Shown piece after piece: positions 1 to 11,900 of a DNA stretch of 64,000 nt (the stretch's first letter is position 1; each line of letters starts with the position of its first letter). Origin of the DNA: the human T2T-CHM13v2.0 reference genome, Homo sapiens. The translations under genes were made by a program, and so were the position numbers. The notes below the pieces were generated by a model, which was not told where the DNA came from, did no database searches, and saw nothing but the letters and a program-made list of their open reading frames with translations. The DNA is taken from the NCBI RefSeq assembly GCF_009914755.1, contig NC_060943.1. One strand, 5' to 3'.

Positions 1-79
1 GAACGATCCTTTACACAGAGCAGACTTGAAACACTCTTTTTGTGGAATTTGCAAGTGGAGATTTCAGCCGCTTTGAGGT

Positions 80-96
80 CAATGGTAGAATAGGAA
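80..96 (+). other. A-box (pJalpha-site position) of the A monomer (representative)
   Basis: CAATGGTAGAATAGGAA lies 171 bp before and 169 bp after the CENP-B boxes. It is a degenerate relative of the A-type box, and binding cannot be judged from sequence. Confidence 0.65.
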
Positions 97-124
97 ATAT
101 CTTCCTATAGAAACTAGACAGAAT

Positions 125-293
125 GATTCTCAGAAACTCCTTTGTGATGTGTGCGTTCAACTCACAGAGTTTAACCTTTCTTTTCATAGCGCAGTTGGGA
201 AACACTCTGTTTGTAAAGTCTGCAAGTGGATATTCAGACATCCTTGAGGCTTTCGTTGGAAACGGGATTTCTTCATATTCTGCTAGAAAGAAG
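125..293 (+). repeat. Representative B-type (J2) monomer, 169 bp
   Basis: Runs from GATTCTCAGAAACT (125) to just before AATTCTCAGTAACT (294) and contains the CENP-B box at 251-267. Confidence 0.9.
251..267 (+). promoter_or_regulatory. CENP-B box (representative; one per dimer, about 175 of 188 intact by eye)
   Basis: TTTCGTTGGAAACGGGA matches YTTCGTTGGAARCGGGA. The variants CTTCGTTGGAAACGGGA and CTTCGTTGGAAGCGGGA occur in other dimer classes. The last copy is at 63826-63842. Confidence 0.96.
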
Positions 294-298
294 AATTC
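293..298. other. Periodic EcoRI site (classical 340-bp alphaRI dimer)
   Basis: GAATTC occurs once per dimer. It is lost at about 8454 (AAGGATTC) and about 54009 (AATAATTC). Confidence 0.9.
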
Positions 299-464
299 TC
301 AGTAACTTCCTTGTGTTGTGTGTATTCAACTCACAGAGTTGAACGATCCTTTACACAGAGCAGACTTGAAACACTCTTTTTGTGGAATTTGCAAGTGGAG
401 ATTTCAGCCGCTTTGAGGTCAATGGTAGAATAGGAAATATCTTCCTATAGAAACTAGACAGAAT
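294..464 (+). repeat. Representative A-type (J1) monomer, 171 bp
   Basis: Runs from AATTCTCAGTAACT (294) to just before the next GATTCTCAG (465). It has CAATGGTAGAATAGGAA at the position homologous to the CENP-B box. Confidence 0.9.
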
Positions 465-3400
465 GATTCTCAGAAACTCCTTTGTGATGTGTGCGTTCAA
501 CTCACAGAGTTTAACCTTTCTTTTCATAGAGCAGTTGGGAAACACTCTGTTTGTAAAGTCTGCAAGTGGATATTCAGACATCCTTGAGGCTTTCGTTGGA
601 AACGGGATTTCTTCATATTCTGCTAGAAAGAAGAATTCTCAGTAACTTCCTTGTGTTGTGTGTATTCAACTCACAGAGTTGAACGATCCTTTACACAGAG
701 CAGACTTGAAACACTCTTTTTGCGGAATTTGCAAGTGGAGATTTCAGCCGCTTTGAGGTCAATGGTAGAATAGGAAATATCTTCCTATAGAAACTAGACA
801 GAATGATTCTCAGAAACTCCTTTGTGATGTGTGCGTTCAACTCACACAGTTTAACCTTTCTTTTCATAGAGCAGTTGGGAAACACTCTGTTTGTAAAGTC
901 TGCAAGTGGATATTCAGACCTCCTTGAGGCCTTCGTTGGAAACGGGATTTCTTCATATTATGCTAGACAGAAGAATTCTCAGTAACTTCCTTGTGTTGTG
1001 TGTATTCAACTCACAGAGTTGAACGATCCTTTACACACAGCAGACTTGAAACACTCTTTTTGTGGAACTTGCAAGTGGAGATTTCAGCCGCTTTGAGTTC
1101 AATGGTAGAATAGGAAATATCTTCCTATAGAAACTAGACAGAATGATTCTCAGAAACTCCTTTGTGATGTGTGCGTTCAACTCACAGAGTTCAACCTTTC
1201 TTTTCATAGAGCAGTTGGGAAACACTCTGTTTCTAAAGTCTGCAAGTGGATATTCAGACTTCTTTGAGGCCTTCGTTGGAAGCGGGATTTCTTCATGTTC
1301 TGCTAGACAGAAGAATTCTCAGAAACTTCCTTGTGTTGTGTGTTTTCAACTCACAGAGTTGAACGATCCTTTACACAGAGCAGACTTGAAACACTCCTTT
1401 TGTGGAATTTGCAAGTGGAGATTTCAGCCGCTTTGAGGTCAATGGTAGAATAGGAAATATCTTCCTATAGAAAGTAGACAGAATGATTCTCAGAAACTCC
1501 TTTGTGATGTGTGCGTTCAACTCACAGAGTTTAACCTTTCTTTTCATAGAGCAGTTAGGAAACACTCTGTTTGTAAAGTCTGCAAGTGGATATTCAGACC
1601 TCCTTGAGGCCTTCGTTGGAAACGGGATTTCTTCATATTATGCTAGACAGAAGAATTCTCAGTAACTTTCTTGTGTTGTGTGTATTCAACTCACAGAGTT
1701 GAACGATCCTTTACACAGAGCAGACTTGAAACACTCTTTTTGTGGAATTTGCAAGTGGAGATTTCAGCCGCTTTGAGGTCAATGGTAGAATAGGAAATAT
1801 CTTCCTATAGAAACTAGACAGAATGATTCTCAGAAACTCCTTTGTGATGTGTGCGTTCAACTCACAGAGTTCAACCTTTCTTTTCATAGAGCAGTTGGGA
1901 AACACTCTGTTTGTAAAGTCTGCAAGTGGATATTCAGACTTCTTTGAGGCCTTCTTTGGAAGCGGGATTTCTTCATGTTCTGCTAGACAGAAGAATTCTC
2001 AGAAACTTCCTTGTGTTGTGTGTTTTCAACTCACAGAGTTGAACGATCCTTTACACAGAGCAGACTTGAAACACTCCTTTTGTGGAATTTGCAAGTGGAG
2101 ATTTCAGCCGCTTTGAGGTCAATGGTAGAATAGGAAATATCTTCCTATAGAAAGAAGACAGAATGATTCTCAGAAACTCCTTTGTGATGTGTGCGTTCAA
2201 CTCACAGAGTTTAACCTTTCTTTTCATAGAGCAGTTAGGAAACACTCTGTTTGTAAAGTCTGCAAGTGGATATTCAGACCTCCTTGAGGCCTTCGTTGGA
2301 AGCGGGATTTCTTCATGTTCAGCTAGACAGAAGAATTCTCAGAAACTTCCTTGTGTTGTGTGTTTTCAACTCACAGAGTTGAACGATCCTTTACACAGAA
2401 CAGACTTGAAACACTCCTTTTGTGGAATTTGCAAGTGGAGATTTCAGCCGCTTTGAGGTCAATGGTAGAATAGGAAATATCTTCCTATAGAAACTAGACA
2501 GAATGATTCTCAGAAACTCCTTTGTGATGTGTGCGTTCAACTCACAGAGTTTAACATTTCTTTTCATAGAGCAGTTAGGAAACACTCTGTTTGTAAAGTC
2601 TGCAAGTGGATATTCAGACATCCTTGAGGCTTTCGTTGGAAACGGGATTTCTTCATATTCTGCTAGAAAGAAGAATTCTCAGTAACTTCCTTGTGTTGTG
2701 TGTATTCAACTCACAGAGTTGAACGATCCTTTACACAGAGCAGACTTGAAACACTCTTTTTGTGGAATTTGCAAGTGGAGATTTCAGCCGCTTTGAGTTC
2801 AATGGTAGAATAGGAAATATCTTCCTATAGAAACTAGACAGAATGATTCTCAGAAACTCCTTTGTGATGTGTGCGTTCAACTCACAGAGTTTAACCTTTC
2901 TTTTCATAGAGCAGTTGGGAAACACTCTGTTTGTAAAGTCTGCAAGTGGATATTCAGACATCTTTGAGGCTTTCGTTGGAAACGGGATTTCTTCATATTC
3001 TGCTAGAAAGAAGAATTCTCAGTAACTTCCTTGTGTTGTGTGTATTCAACTCACAGAGTTGAACGATCCTTTACACAGAGCAGACTTGAAACACTCTTTT
3101 TGTGGAATTTGGAAGTGGAGATTTCAGCCGCTTTGAGTTCAATGGTAGAATAGGAAATATCTTCCTATAGAAACTAGACAGAATGATTCTCAGAAACTCC
3201 TTTGTGATGTGTGCGTTCAACTCACAGAGTTCAACCTTTCTTTTCATAGAGCAGTTGGGAAACACTCTGTTTGTAAAGTCTGCATGTGGATATTCAGACA
3301 TCCTTGAGGCTTTCGTTGGAAACGGGATTTCTTCATATTCTGCTAGAAAGAAGAATTCTCAGTAACTTCCTTGTGTTGTGTGTTTTCAACTCACAGAGTT

Positions 3401-6400
3401 GAACGATCCTTTACACAGAGCAGACTTGAAACACTCCTTTTGTGGAATTTGCAAGTGGAGATTTCAGCCGCTTTGAGGTCAATGGTAGAATAGGAAATAT
3501 CTTCCTATAGAAAGTAGACAGAATGATTCTCAGAAACTCCTTTGTGATGTGTGCGTTCAACTCACAGAGTTTAACCTTTCTTTTCATAGAGCAGTTAGGA
3601 AACACTCTGTTTGTAAAGTCTGCAAGTGGATATTCAGACATCCTTGAGGCTTTCGTTGGAAACGGGATTTCTTCATATTCTGCTAGAAAGAAGAATTCTC
3701 AGTAACTTCCTAGTGTTGTGTGTATTCAACTCACAGAGTTGAACGATCCTTTACACAGAGCAGACTTGAAACACTCTTTTTGTGGAATTTGCAAGTGGAG
3801 ATTTCAGCCGCTTTGAGGTCAATGGTAGAATAGGAAATATCTTCCTATAGAAACTAGACAGAATGATTCTCAGAAACTCCTTTGTGATGTGTGCGTTCAA
3901 CTCACAGAGTTTAACCTTTCTTTTCATAGCGCAGTTGGGAAACACTCTGTTTGTAAAGTCTGCAAGTGGATATTCAGACATCCTTGAGGCTTTCGTTGGA
4001 AACGGGATTTCTTCATATTCTGCTAGAAAGAAGAATTCTCAGTAACTTCCTTGTGTTGTGTCTTTTCAACTCACAGAGTTGAACGATCCTTTACACAGAG
4101 CAGACTTGAAACACTCCTTTTGTGGAATTTGCAAGTGGAGATTTCAGCCGCTTTGAGGTCAATGGTAGAATAGGAAATATCTTCCTATAGAAAGTAGACA
4201 GAATGATTCTCAGAAACTCCTTTGTGATGTGTGCGTTCAACTCACAGAGTTTAACCTTTCTTTTCATAGAGCAGTTAGGAAACACTCTGTTTGTAAAGTC
4301 TGCAAGTGGATATTCAGACCTCCTTGAGGCCTTCGTTGGAAACGGGATTTCTTCATATTATGCTAGACAGAAGAATTCTCAGTAACTTCCTTGTGTTGTG
4401 TGTATTCAACTCACAGAGTTGAACGATCCTTTACACAGAGCAGACTTGAAATACTCTTTTTGTGGAATTTGCAAGTGGAGATTTCAGCCGCTTTGAGTTC
4501 AATGGTAGAATAGGAAATATCTTCCTATAGAAACTAGACAGAATGATTCTCAGAAACTCCTTTGTGATGTGTGCGTTCAACTCACAGAGTTTAACCTTTC
4601 TTTTCATAGAGCAGTTGGGAAACACTCTGTTTGTAAAGTCTGCAAGTGGATATTCAGACATCCTTGAGGCTTTCGTTGGAAACGGGATTTCTTCATATTC
4701 TGCTAGAAAGAAGAATTCTCAGTAACTTCCTTGTGTTGTGTGTATTCAACTCACAGAGTTGAACGATCCTTTACAAAGAGCAGACTTGAAACACTCTTTT
4801 TGTGGAATTTGCAAGTGGAGATTTCAGCCGCTTTGAGTTCAATGGTAGAATAGGAAATATCTTCCTATAGAAACTAGACAGAATGATTCTCAGAAACTCC
4901 TTTGTGATGTGTGCGTTCAACTCACAGAGTTTAACCTTTCTTTTCATAGAGCAGTTGGGAAACACTCTGTTTGTAAAGTCTGCAAGTGGATATTCAGACA
5001 TCTTTGAGGCTTTCGTTGGAAACGGGATTTCTTCATATTCTGCTAGAAAGAAGAATTCTCAGTAACTTCCTTGTGTTGTGTGTATTCAACTCACAGAGTT
5101 GAACGATCCTTTACACAGAGCAGACTTGAAACACTCTTTTTGTGGAATTTGCAAGTGGAGATTTCAGCCGCTTTGAGTTCAATGGTAGAATAGGAAATAT
5201 CTTCCTATAGAAACTAGACAGAATGATTCTCAGAAACTCCTTTGTGATGTGTGCGTTCAACTCACAGAGTTCAACCTTTCTTTTAATAGAGCAGTTGGGA
5301 AACACTCTGTTTGTAAAGTCTGCAAGTGGATATTCAGACTTCTTTGAGGCCTTCGTTGGAAGCGGGATTTCTTCATATTCTGCTAGACAGAAGAATTCTC
5401 ATAAACCTCCTTGTGTTGTGTGTATTCAACTCACAGAGTTGAACGACCCTTTACACAGAGCAGACTTGAAACACTCTTTTTGTGGAATTTGCAAGTGGAG
5501 ATTTCAGCCGCTTTGAGGTCAATGGTAGAATAGGAAATATCTTCCTATAGAAACTAGACAGAATGATTCTCAGAAACTCCTTTGTGATGTGTGCGTTCAA
5601 CTCACAGAGTTTAACCTTTCTTTTCATAGAGCAGTTAGGAAACACTCTGTTTGTAAAGTCTGCAAGTGGATATTCAGACATCCTTGAGGCTTTCGTTGGA
5701 AACGGGATTTCTTCATATTCTGCTAGAAAGAAGAATTCTCAGTAACTTCCTTGTGTTGTGTGTATTCAACTCACAGAGTTGAACGATCCTTTACACAGAG
5801 CAGACTTGAAACACTCTTTTTGTGGAATTTGGAAGTGGAGATTTCAGCCGCTTTGAGTTCAATGGTAGAATAGGAAATATCTTCCTATAGAAACTAGACA
5901 GAATGATTCTCAGAAACTCCTTTGTGATGTGTGCGTTCAACTCACAGAGTTCAACCTTTCTTTTCATAGAGCAGTTGGGAAACACTCTGTTTGTAAAGTC
6001 TGCATGTGGATATTCAGACATCCTTGAGGCTTTCGTTGGAAACGGGATTTCTTCATATTATGCTAGACAGAAGAATTCTCAGTAACTTCCTTGTGTTGTG
6101 TGTTTTCAACTCACAGAGTTGAACGATCCTTTACACAGAGCAGACTTGAAACACTCCTTTTGTGGAATTTGCAAGTGGAGATTTCAGCCGCTTTGAGGTC
6201 AATGGTAGAATAGGAAATATCTTCCTATAGAAAGTAGACAGAATGATTCTCAGAAACTCCTTTGTGATGTGTGCGTTCAACTCACAGAGTTTAACCTTTC
6301 TTTTCATAGAGCAGTTAGGAAACACTCTGTTTGTAAAGTCTGCAAGTGGATATTCAGACCTCCTTGAGGCCTTCGTTGGAAACGGGATTTCTTCATATTA

Positions 6401-7140
6401 TGCTAGACAGAAGAATTCTCAGTAACTTCCTTGTGTTGTGTGTATTCAACAAACAGAGTTGAACGATCCTTTACACAGAGCAGACTTGAAACACTCTTTT
6501 TGTGGAATTTGCAAGTGGAGATTTCAGCCGCTTTGAGTTCAATGGTAGTATAGGAAATATCTTCCTATAGAAACTAGACAGAATGATTCTCAGAAACTCC
6601 TTTGTGATGTGTGCGTTCAACTCACAGAGTTCAACCTTTCTTTTAATAGAGCAGTTGGGAAACACTCTGTTTGTAAAGTCTGCAAGTGGATATTCAGACT
6701 TCTTTGAGGCCTTCGTTGGAAGCGGGATTTCTTCATATTCTGCTAGACAGAAGAATTCTCAGTAACTTCCTTGTGTTGTGTGTATTCAACTCACAGAGTT
6801 GAACGATCCTTTACACAAAGCAGACTTGAAACACTCTTTTTGTGGAATTTGCAAGTGGAGATTTCAGCCGCTTTGAGGTCAATGGTAGAATAGGAAATAT
6901 CTTCCTATAGAAAGTAGACAGAATGATTCTCAGAAACTCCTTTGTGATGTGTGCGTTCAACTCACAGAGTTTAACCTTTCTTTTCATAAAGCAGTTAGGA
7001 AACACTCTGTTTGTAAAGTCTGCAAGTGGATATTCAGACATCCTTGAGGCTTTCGTTGGAAACGGGATTTCTTCATATTCTGCTAGAAAGAAGAATTCTC
7101 AGTAACTTCCTTGTGTTGTGTGTATTCAACTCACAGAGTT

Positions 7141-10100
7141 GAACGATCCTTTACACAGAGCAGACTTGAAACACTCTTTTTGTGGAATTTGCAAGTGGAG
7201 ATTTCAGCCGCTTTGAGGTCAATGGTAGAATAGGAAATATCTTCCTATAGAAACTAGACAGAATGATTCTCAGAAACTCCTTTGTGATGTGTGCGTTCAA
7301 CTCACAGAGTTTAACCTTTCTTTTCATAGCGCAGTTGGGAAACACTCTGTTTGTAAAGTCTGCAAGTGGATATTCAGACATCCTTGAGGCTTTCGTTGGA
7401 AACGGGATTTCTTCATATTCTGCTAGAAAGAAGAATTCTCAGTAACTTCCTTGTGTTGTGTGTATTCAACTCACAGAGTTGAACGATCCTTTACACAGAG
7501 CAGACTTGAAACACTCTTTTTGTGGAATTTGCAAGTGGAGATTTCAGCCGCTTTGAGGTCAATGGTAGAATAGGAAATATCTTCCTATAGAAACTAGACA
7601 GAATGATTCTCAGAAACTCCTTTGTGATGTGTGCGTTCAACTCACAGAGTTTAACCTTTCTTTTCATAGAGCAGTTGGGAAACACTCTGTTTGTAAAGTC
7701 TGCAAGTGGATATTCAGACATCCTTGAGGCTTTCGTTGGAAACGGGATTTCTTCATATTCTGCTAGAAAGAAGAATTCTCAGTAACTTCCTTGTGTTGTG
7801 TGTATTCAACTCACAGAGTTGAACGATCCTTTACACAGAGCAGACTTGAAACACTCTTTTTGCGGAATTTGCAAGTGGAGATTTCAGCCGCTTTGAGGTC
7901 AATGGTAGAATAGGAAATATCTTCCTATAGAAACTAGACAGAATGATTCTCAGAAACTCCTTTGTGATGTGTGCGTTCAACTCACACAGTTTAACCTTTC
8001 TTTTCATAGAGCAGTTGGGAAACACTCTGTTTGTAAAGTCTGCAAGTGGATATTCAGACCTCCTTGAGGCCTTCGTTGGAAACGGGATTTCTTCATATTA
8101 TGCTAGACAGAAGAATTCTCAGTAACTTCCTTGTGTTGTGTGTATTCAACTCACAGAGTTGAACGATCCTTTACACACAGCAGACTTGAAACACTCTTTT
8201 TGTGGAACTTGCAAGTGGAGATTTCAGCCGCTTTGAGTTCAATGGTAGAATAGGAAATATCTTCCTATAGAAACTAGACAGAATGATTCTCAGAAACTCC
8301 TTTGTGATGTGTGCGTTCAACTCACAGAGTTCAACCTTTCTTTTCATAGAGCAGTTGGGAAACACTCTGTTTCTAAAGTCTGCAAGTGGATATTCAGACT
8401 TCTTTGAGGCCTTCGTTGGAAGCGGGATTTCTTCATGTTCTGCTAGACAGAAGGATTCTCAGAAACTTCCTTGTGTTGTGTGTTTTCAACTCACAGAGTT
8501 GAACGATCCTTTACACAGAGCAGACTTGAAACACTCCTTTTGTGGAATTTGCAAGTGGAGATTTCAGCCGCTTTGAGGTCAATGGTAGAATAGGAAATAT
8601 CTTCCTATAGAAAGTAGACAGAATGATTCTCAGAAACTCCTTTGTGATGTGTGCGTTCAACTCACAGAGTTTAACCTTTCTTTTCATAGAGCAGTTAGGA
8701 AACACTCTGTTTGTAAAGTCTGCAAGTGGATATTCAGACCTCCTTGAGGCCTTCGTTGGAAACGGGATTTCTTCATATTATGCTAGACAGAAGAATTCTC
8801 AGTAACTTTCTTGTGTTGTGTGTATTCAACTCACAGAGTTGAACGATCCTTTACACAGAGCAGACTTGAAACACTCTTTTTGTGGAATTTGCAAGTGGAG
8901 ATTTCAGCCGCTTTGAGGTCAATGGTAGAATAGGAAATATCTTCCTATAGAAACTAGACAGAATGATTCTCAGAAACTCCTTTGTGATGTGTGCGTTCAA
9001 CTCACAGAGTTCAACCTTTCTTTTCATAGAGCAGTTGGGAAACACTCTGTTTGTAAAGTCTGCAAGTGGATATTCAGACTTCTTTGAGGCCTTCTTTGGA
9101 AGCGGGATTTCTTCATGTTCTGCTAGACAGAAGAATTCTCAGAAACTTCCTTGTGTTGTGTGTTTTCAACTCACAGAGTTGAACGATCCTTTACACAGAG
9201 CAGACTTGAAACACTCCTTTTGTGGAATTTGCAAGTGGAGATTTCAGCCGCTTTGAGGTCAATGGTAGAATAGGAAATATCTTCCTATAGAAAGAAGACA
9301 GAATGATTCTCAGAAACTCCTTTGTGATGTGTGCGTTCAACTCACAGAGTTTAACCTTTCTTTTCATAGAGCAGTTAGGAAACACTCTGTTTGTAAAGTC
9401 TGCAAGTGGATATTCAGACCTCCTTGAGGCCTTCGTTGGAAGCGGGATTTCTTCATGTTCAGCTAGACAGAAGAATTCTCAGAAACTTCCTTGTGTTGTG
9501 TGTTTTCAACTCACAGAGTTGAACGATCCTTTACACAGAACAGACTTGAAACACTCCTTTTGTGGAATTTGCAAGTGGAGATTTCAGCCGCTTTGAGGTC
9601 AATGGTAGAATAGGAAATATCTTCCTATAGAAACTAGACAGAATGATTCTCAGAAACTCCTTTGTGATGTGTGCGTTCAACTCACAGAGTTTAACATTTC
9701 TTTTCATAGAGCAGTTAGGAAACACTCTGTTTGTAAAGTCTGCAAGTGGATATTCAGACATCCTTGAGGCTTTCGTTGGAAACGGGATTTCTTCATATTC
9801 TGCTAGAAAGAAGAATTCTCAGTAACTTCCTTGTGTTGTGTGTATTCAACTCACAGAGTTGAACGATCCTTTACACAGAGCAGACTTGAAACACTCTTTT
9901 TGTGGAATTTGCAAGTGGAGATTTCAGCCGCTTTGAGTTCAATGGTAGAATAGGAAATATCTTCCTATAGAAACTAGACAGAATGATTCTCAGAAACTCC
10001 TTTGTGATGTGTGCGTTCAACTCACAGAGTTTAACCTTTCTTTTCATAGAGCAGTTGGGAAACACTCTGTTTGTAAAGTCTGCAAGTGGATATTCAGACA

Positions 10101-11900
10101 TCTTTGAGGCTTTCGTTGGAAACGGGATTTCTTCATATTCTGCTAGAAAGAAGAATTCTCAGTAACTTCCTTGTGTTGTGTGTATTCAACTCACAGAGTT
10201 GAACGATCCTTTACACAGAGCAGACTTGAAACACTCTTTTTGTGGAATTTGGAAGTGGAGATTTCAGCCGCTTTGAGTTCAATGGTAGAATAGGAAATAT
10301 CTTCCTATAGAAACTAGACAGAATGATTCTCAGAAACTCCTTTGTGATGTGTGCGTTCAACTCACAGAGTTCAACCTTTCTTTTCATAGAGCAGTTGGGA
10401 AACACTCTGTTTGTAAAGTCTGCATGTGGATATTCAGACATCCTTGAGGCTTTCGTTGGAAACGGGATTTCTTCATATTCTGCTAGAAAGAAGAATTCTC
10501 AGTAACTTCCTTGTGTTGTGTGTTTTCAACTCACAGAGTTGAACGATCCTTTACACAGAGCAGACTTGAAACACTCCTTTTGTGGAATTTGCAAGTGGAG
10601 ATTTCAGCCGCTTTGAGGTCAATGGTAGAATAGGAAATATCTTCCTATAGAAAGTAGACAGAATGATTCTCAGAAACTCCTTTGTGATGTGTGCGTTCAA
10701 CTCACAGAGTTTAACCTTTCTTTTCATAGAGCAGTTAGGAAACACTCTGTTTGTAAAGTCTGCAAGTGGATATTCAGACATCCTTGAGGCTTTCGTTGGA
10801 AACGGGATTTCTTCATATTCTGCTAGAAAGAAGAATTCTCAGTAACTTCCTAGTGTTGTGTGTATTCAACTCACAGAGTTGAACGATCCTTTACACAGAG
10901 CAGACTTGAAACACTCTTTTTGTGGAATTTGCAAGTGGAGATTTCAGCCGCTTTGAGGTCAATGGTAGAATAGGAAATATCTTCCTATAGAAACTAGACA
11001 GAATGATTCTCAGAAACTCCTTTGTGATGTGTGCGTTCAACTCACAGAGTTTAACCTTTCTTTTCATAGCGCAGTTGGGAAACACTCTGTTTGTAAAGTC
11101 TGCAAGTGGATATTCAGACATCCTTGAGGCTTTCGTTGGAAACGGGATTTCTTCATATTCTGCTAGAAAGAAGAATTCTCAGTAACTTCCTTGTGTTGTG
11201 TCTTTTCAACTCACAGAGTTGAACGATCCTTTACACAGAGCAGACTTGAAACACTCCTTTTGTGGAATTTGCAAGTGGAGATTTCAGCCGCTTTGAGGTC
11301 AATGGTAGAATAGGAAATATCTTCCTATAGAAAGTAGACAGAATGATTCTCAGAAACTCCTTTGTGATGTGTGCGTTCAACTCACAGAGTTTAACCTTTC
11401 TTTTCATAGAGCAGTTAGGAAACACTCTGTTTGTAAAGTCTGCAAGTGGATATTCAGACCTCCTTGAGGCCTTCGTTGGAAACGGGATTTCTTCATATTA
11501 TGCTAGACAGAAGAATTCTCAGTAACTTCCTTGTGTTGTGTGTATTCAACTCACAGAGTTGAACGATCCTTTACACAGAGCAGACTTGAAATACTCTTTT
11601 TGTGGAATTTGCAAGTGGAGATTTCAGCCGCTTTGAGTTCAATGGTAGAATAGGAAATATCTTCCTATAGAAACTAGACAGAATGATTCTCAGAAACTCC
11701 TTTGTGATGTGTGCGTTCAACTCACAGAGTTTAACCTTTCTTTTCATAGAGCAGTTGGGAAACACTCTGTTTGTAAAGTCTGCAAGTGGATATTCAGACA
11801 TCCTTGAGGCTTTCGTTGGAAACGGGATTTCTTCATATTCTGCTAGAAAGAAGAATTCTCAGTAACTTCCTTGTGTTGTGTGTATTCAACTCACAGAGTT
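7141..11900 (+). repeat. 14-dimer block, copy 2
   Basis: Matches 1-4760. The one difference I noticed is A>G at 8454. Confidence 0.9.

Larger units (their letters stand above)
1..4760 (+). repeat. 14-dimer block, copy 1 (copy 2 at 7141-11900, offset 7140)
   Basis: Same order of dimer haplotypes in both copies. Shared private markers: CCTAGTG (3712/10852), GTCTTTTC (4062/11202), AAATACTC (4452/11592). Confidence 0.9.

Noticed and set aside
1-340. Promoter or defined ncRNA gene for alpha-satellite transcripts
   Set aside because: Alpha satellite can be transcribed, but no start site, terminator or RNA gene can be delimited from the sequence.
186-725. CpG-creating variants (CATAGCGC, TTGCGG) as a methylation code
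   Set aside because: There are few independent events, their recurrence is explained by block duplication, and I see no evidence of function.
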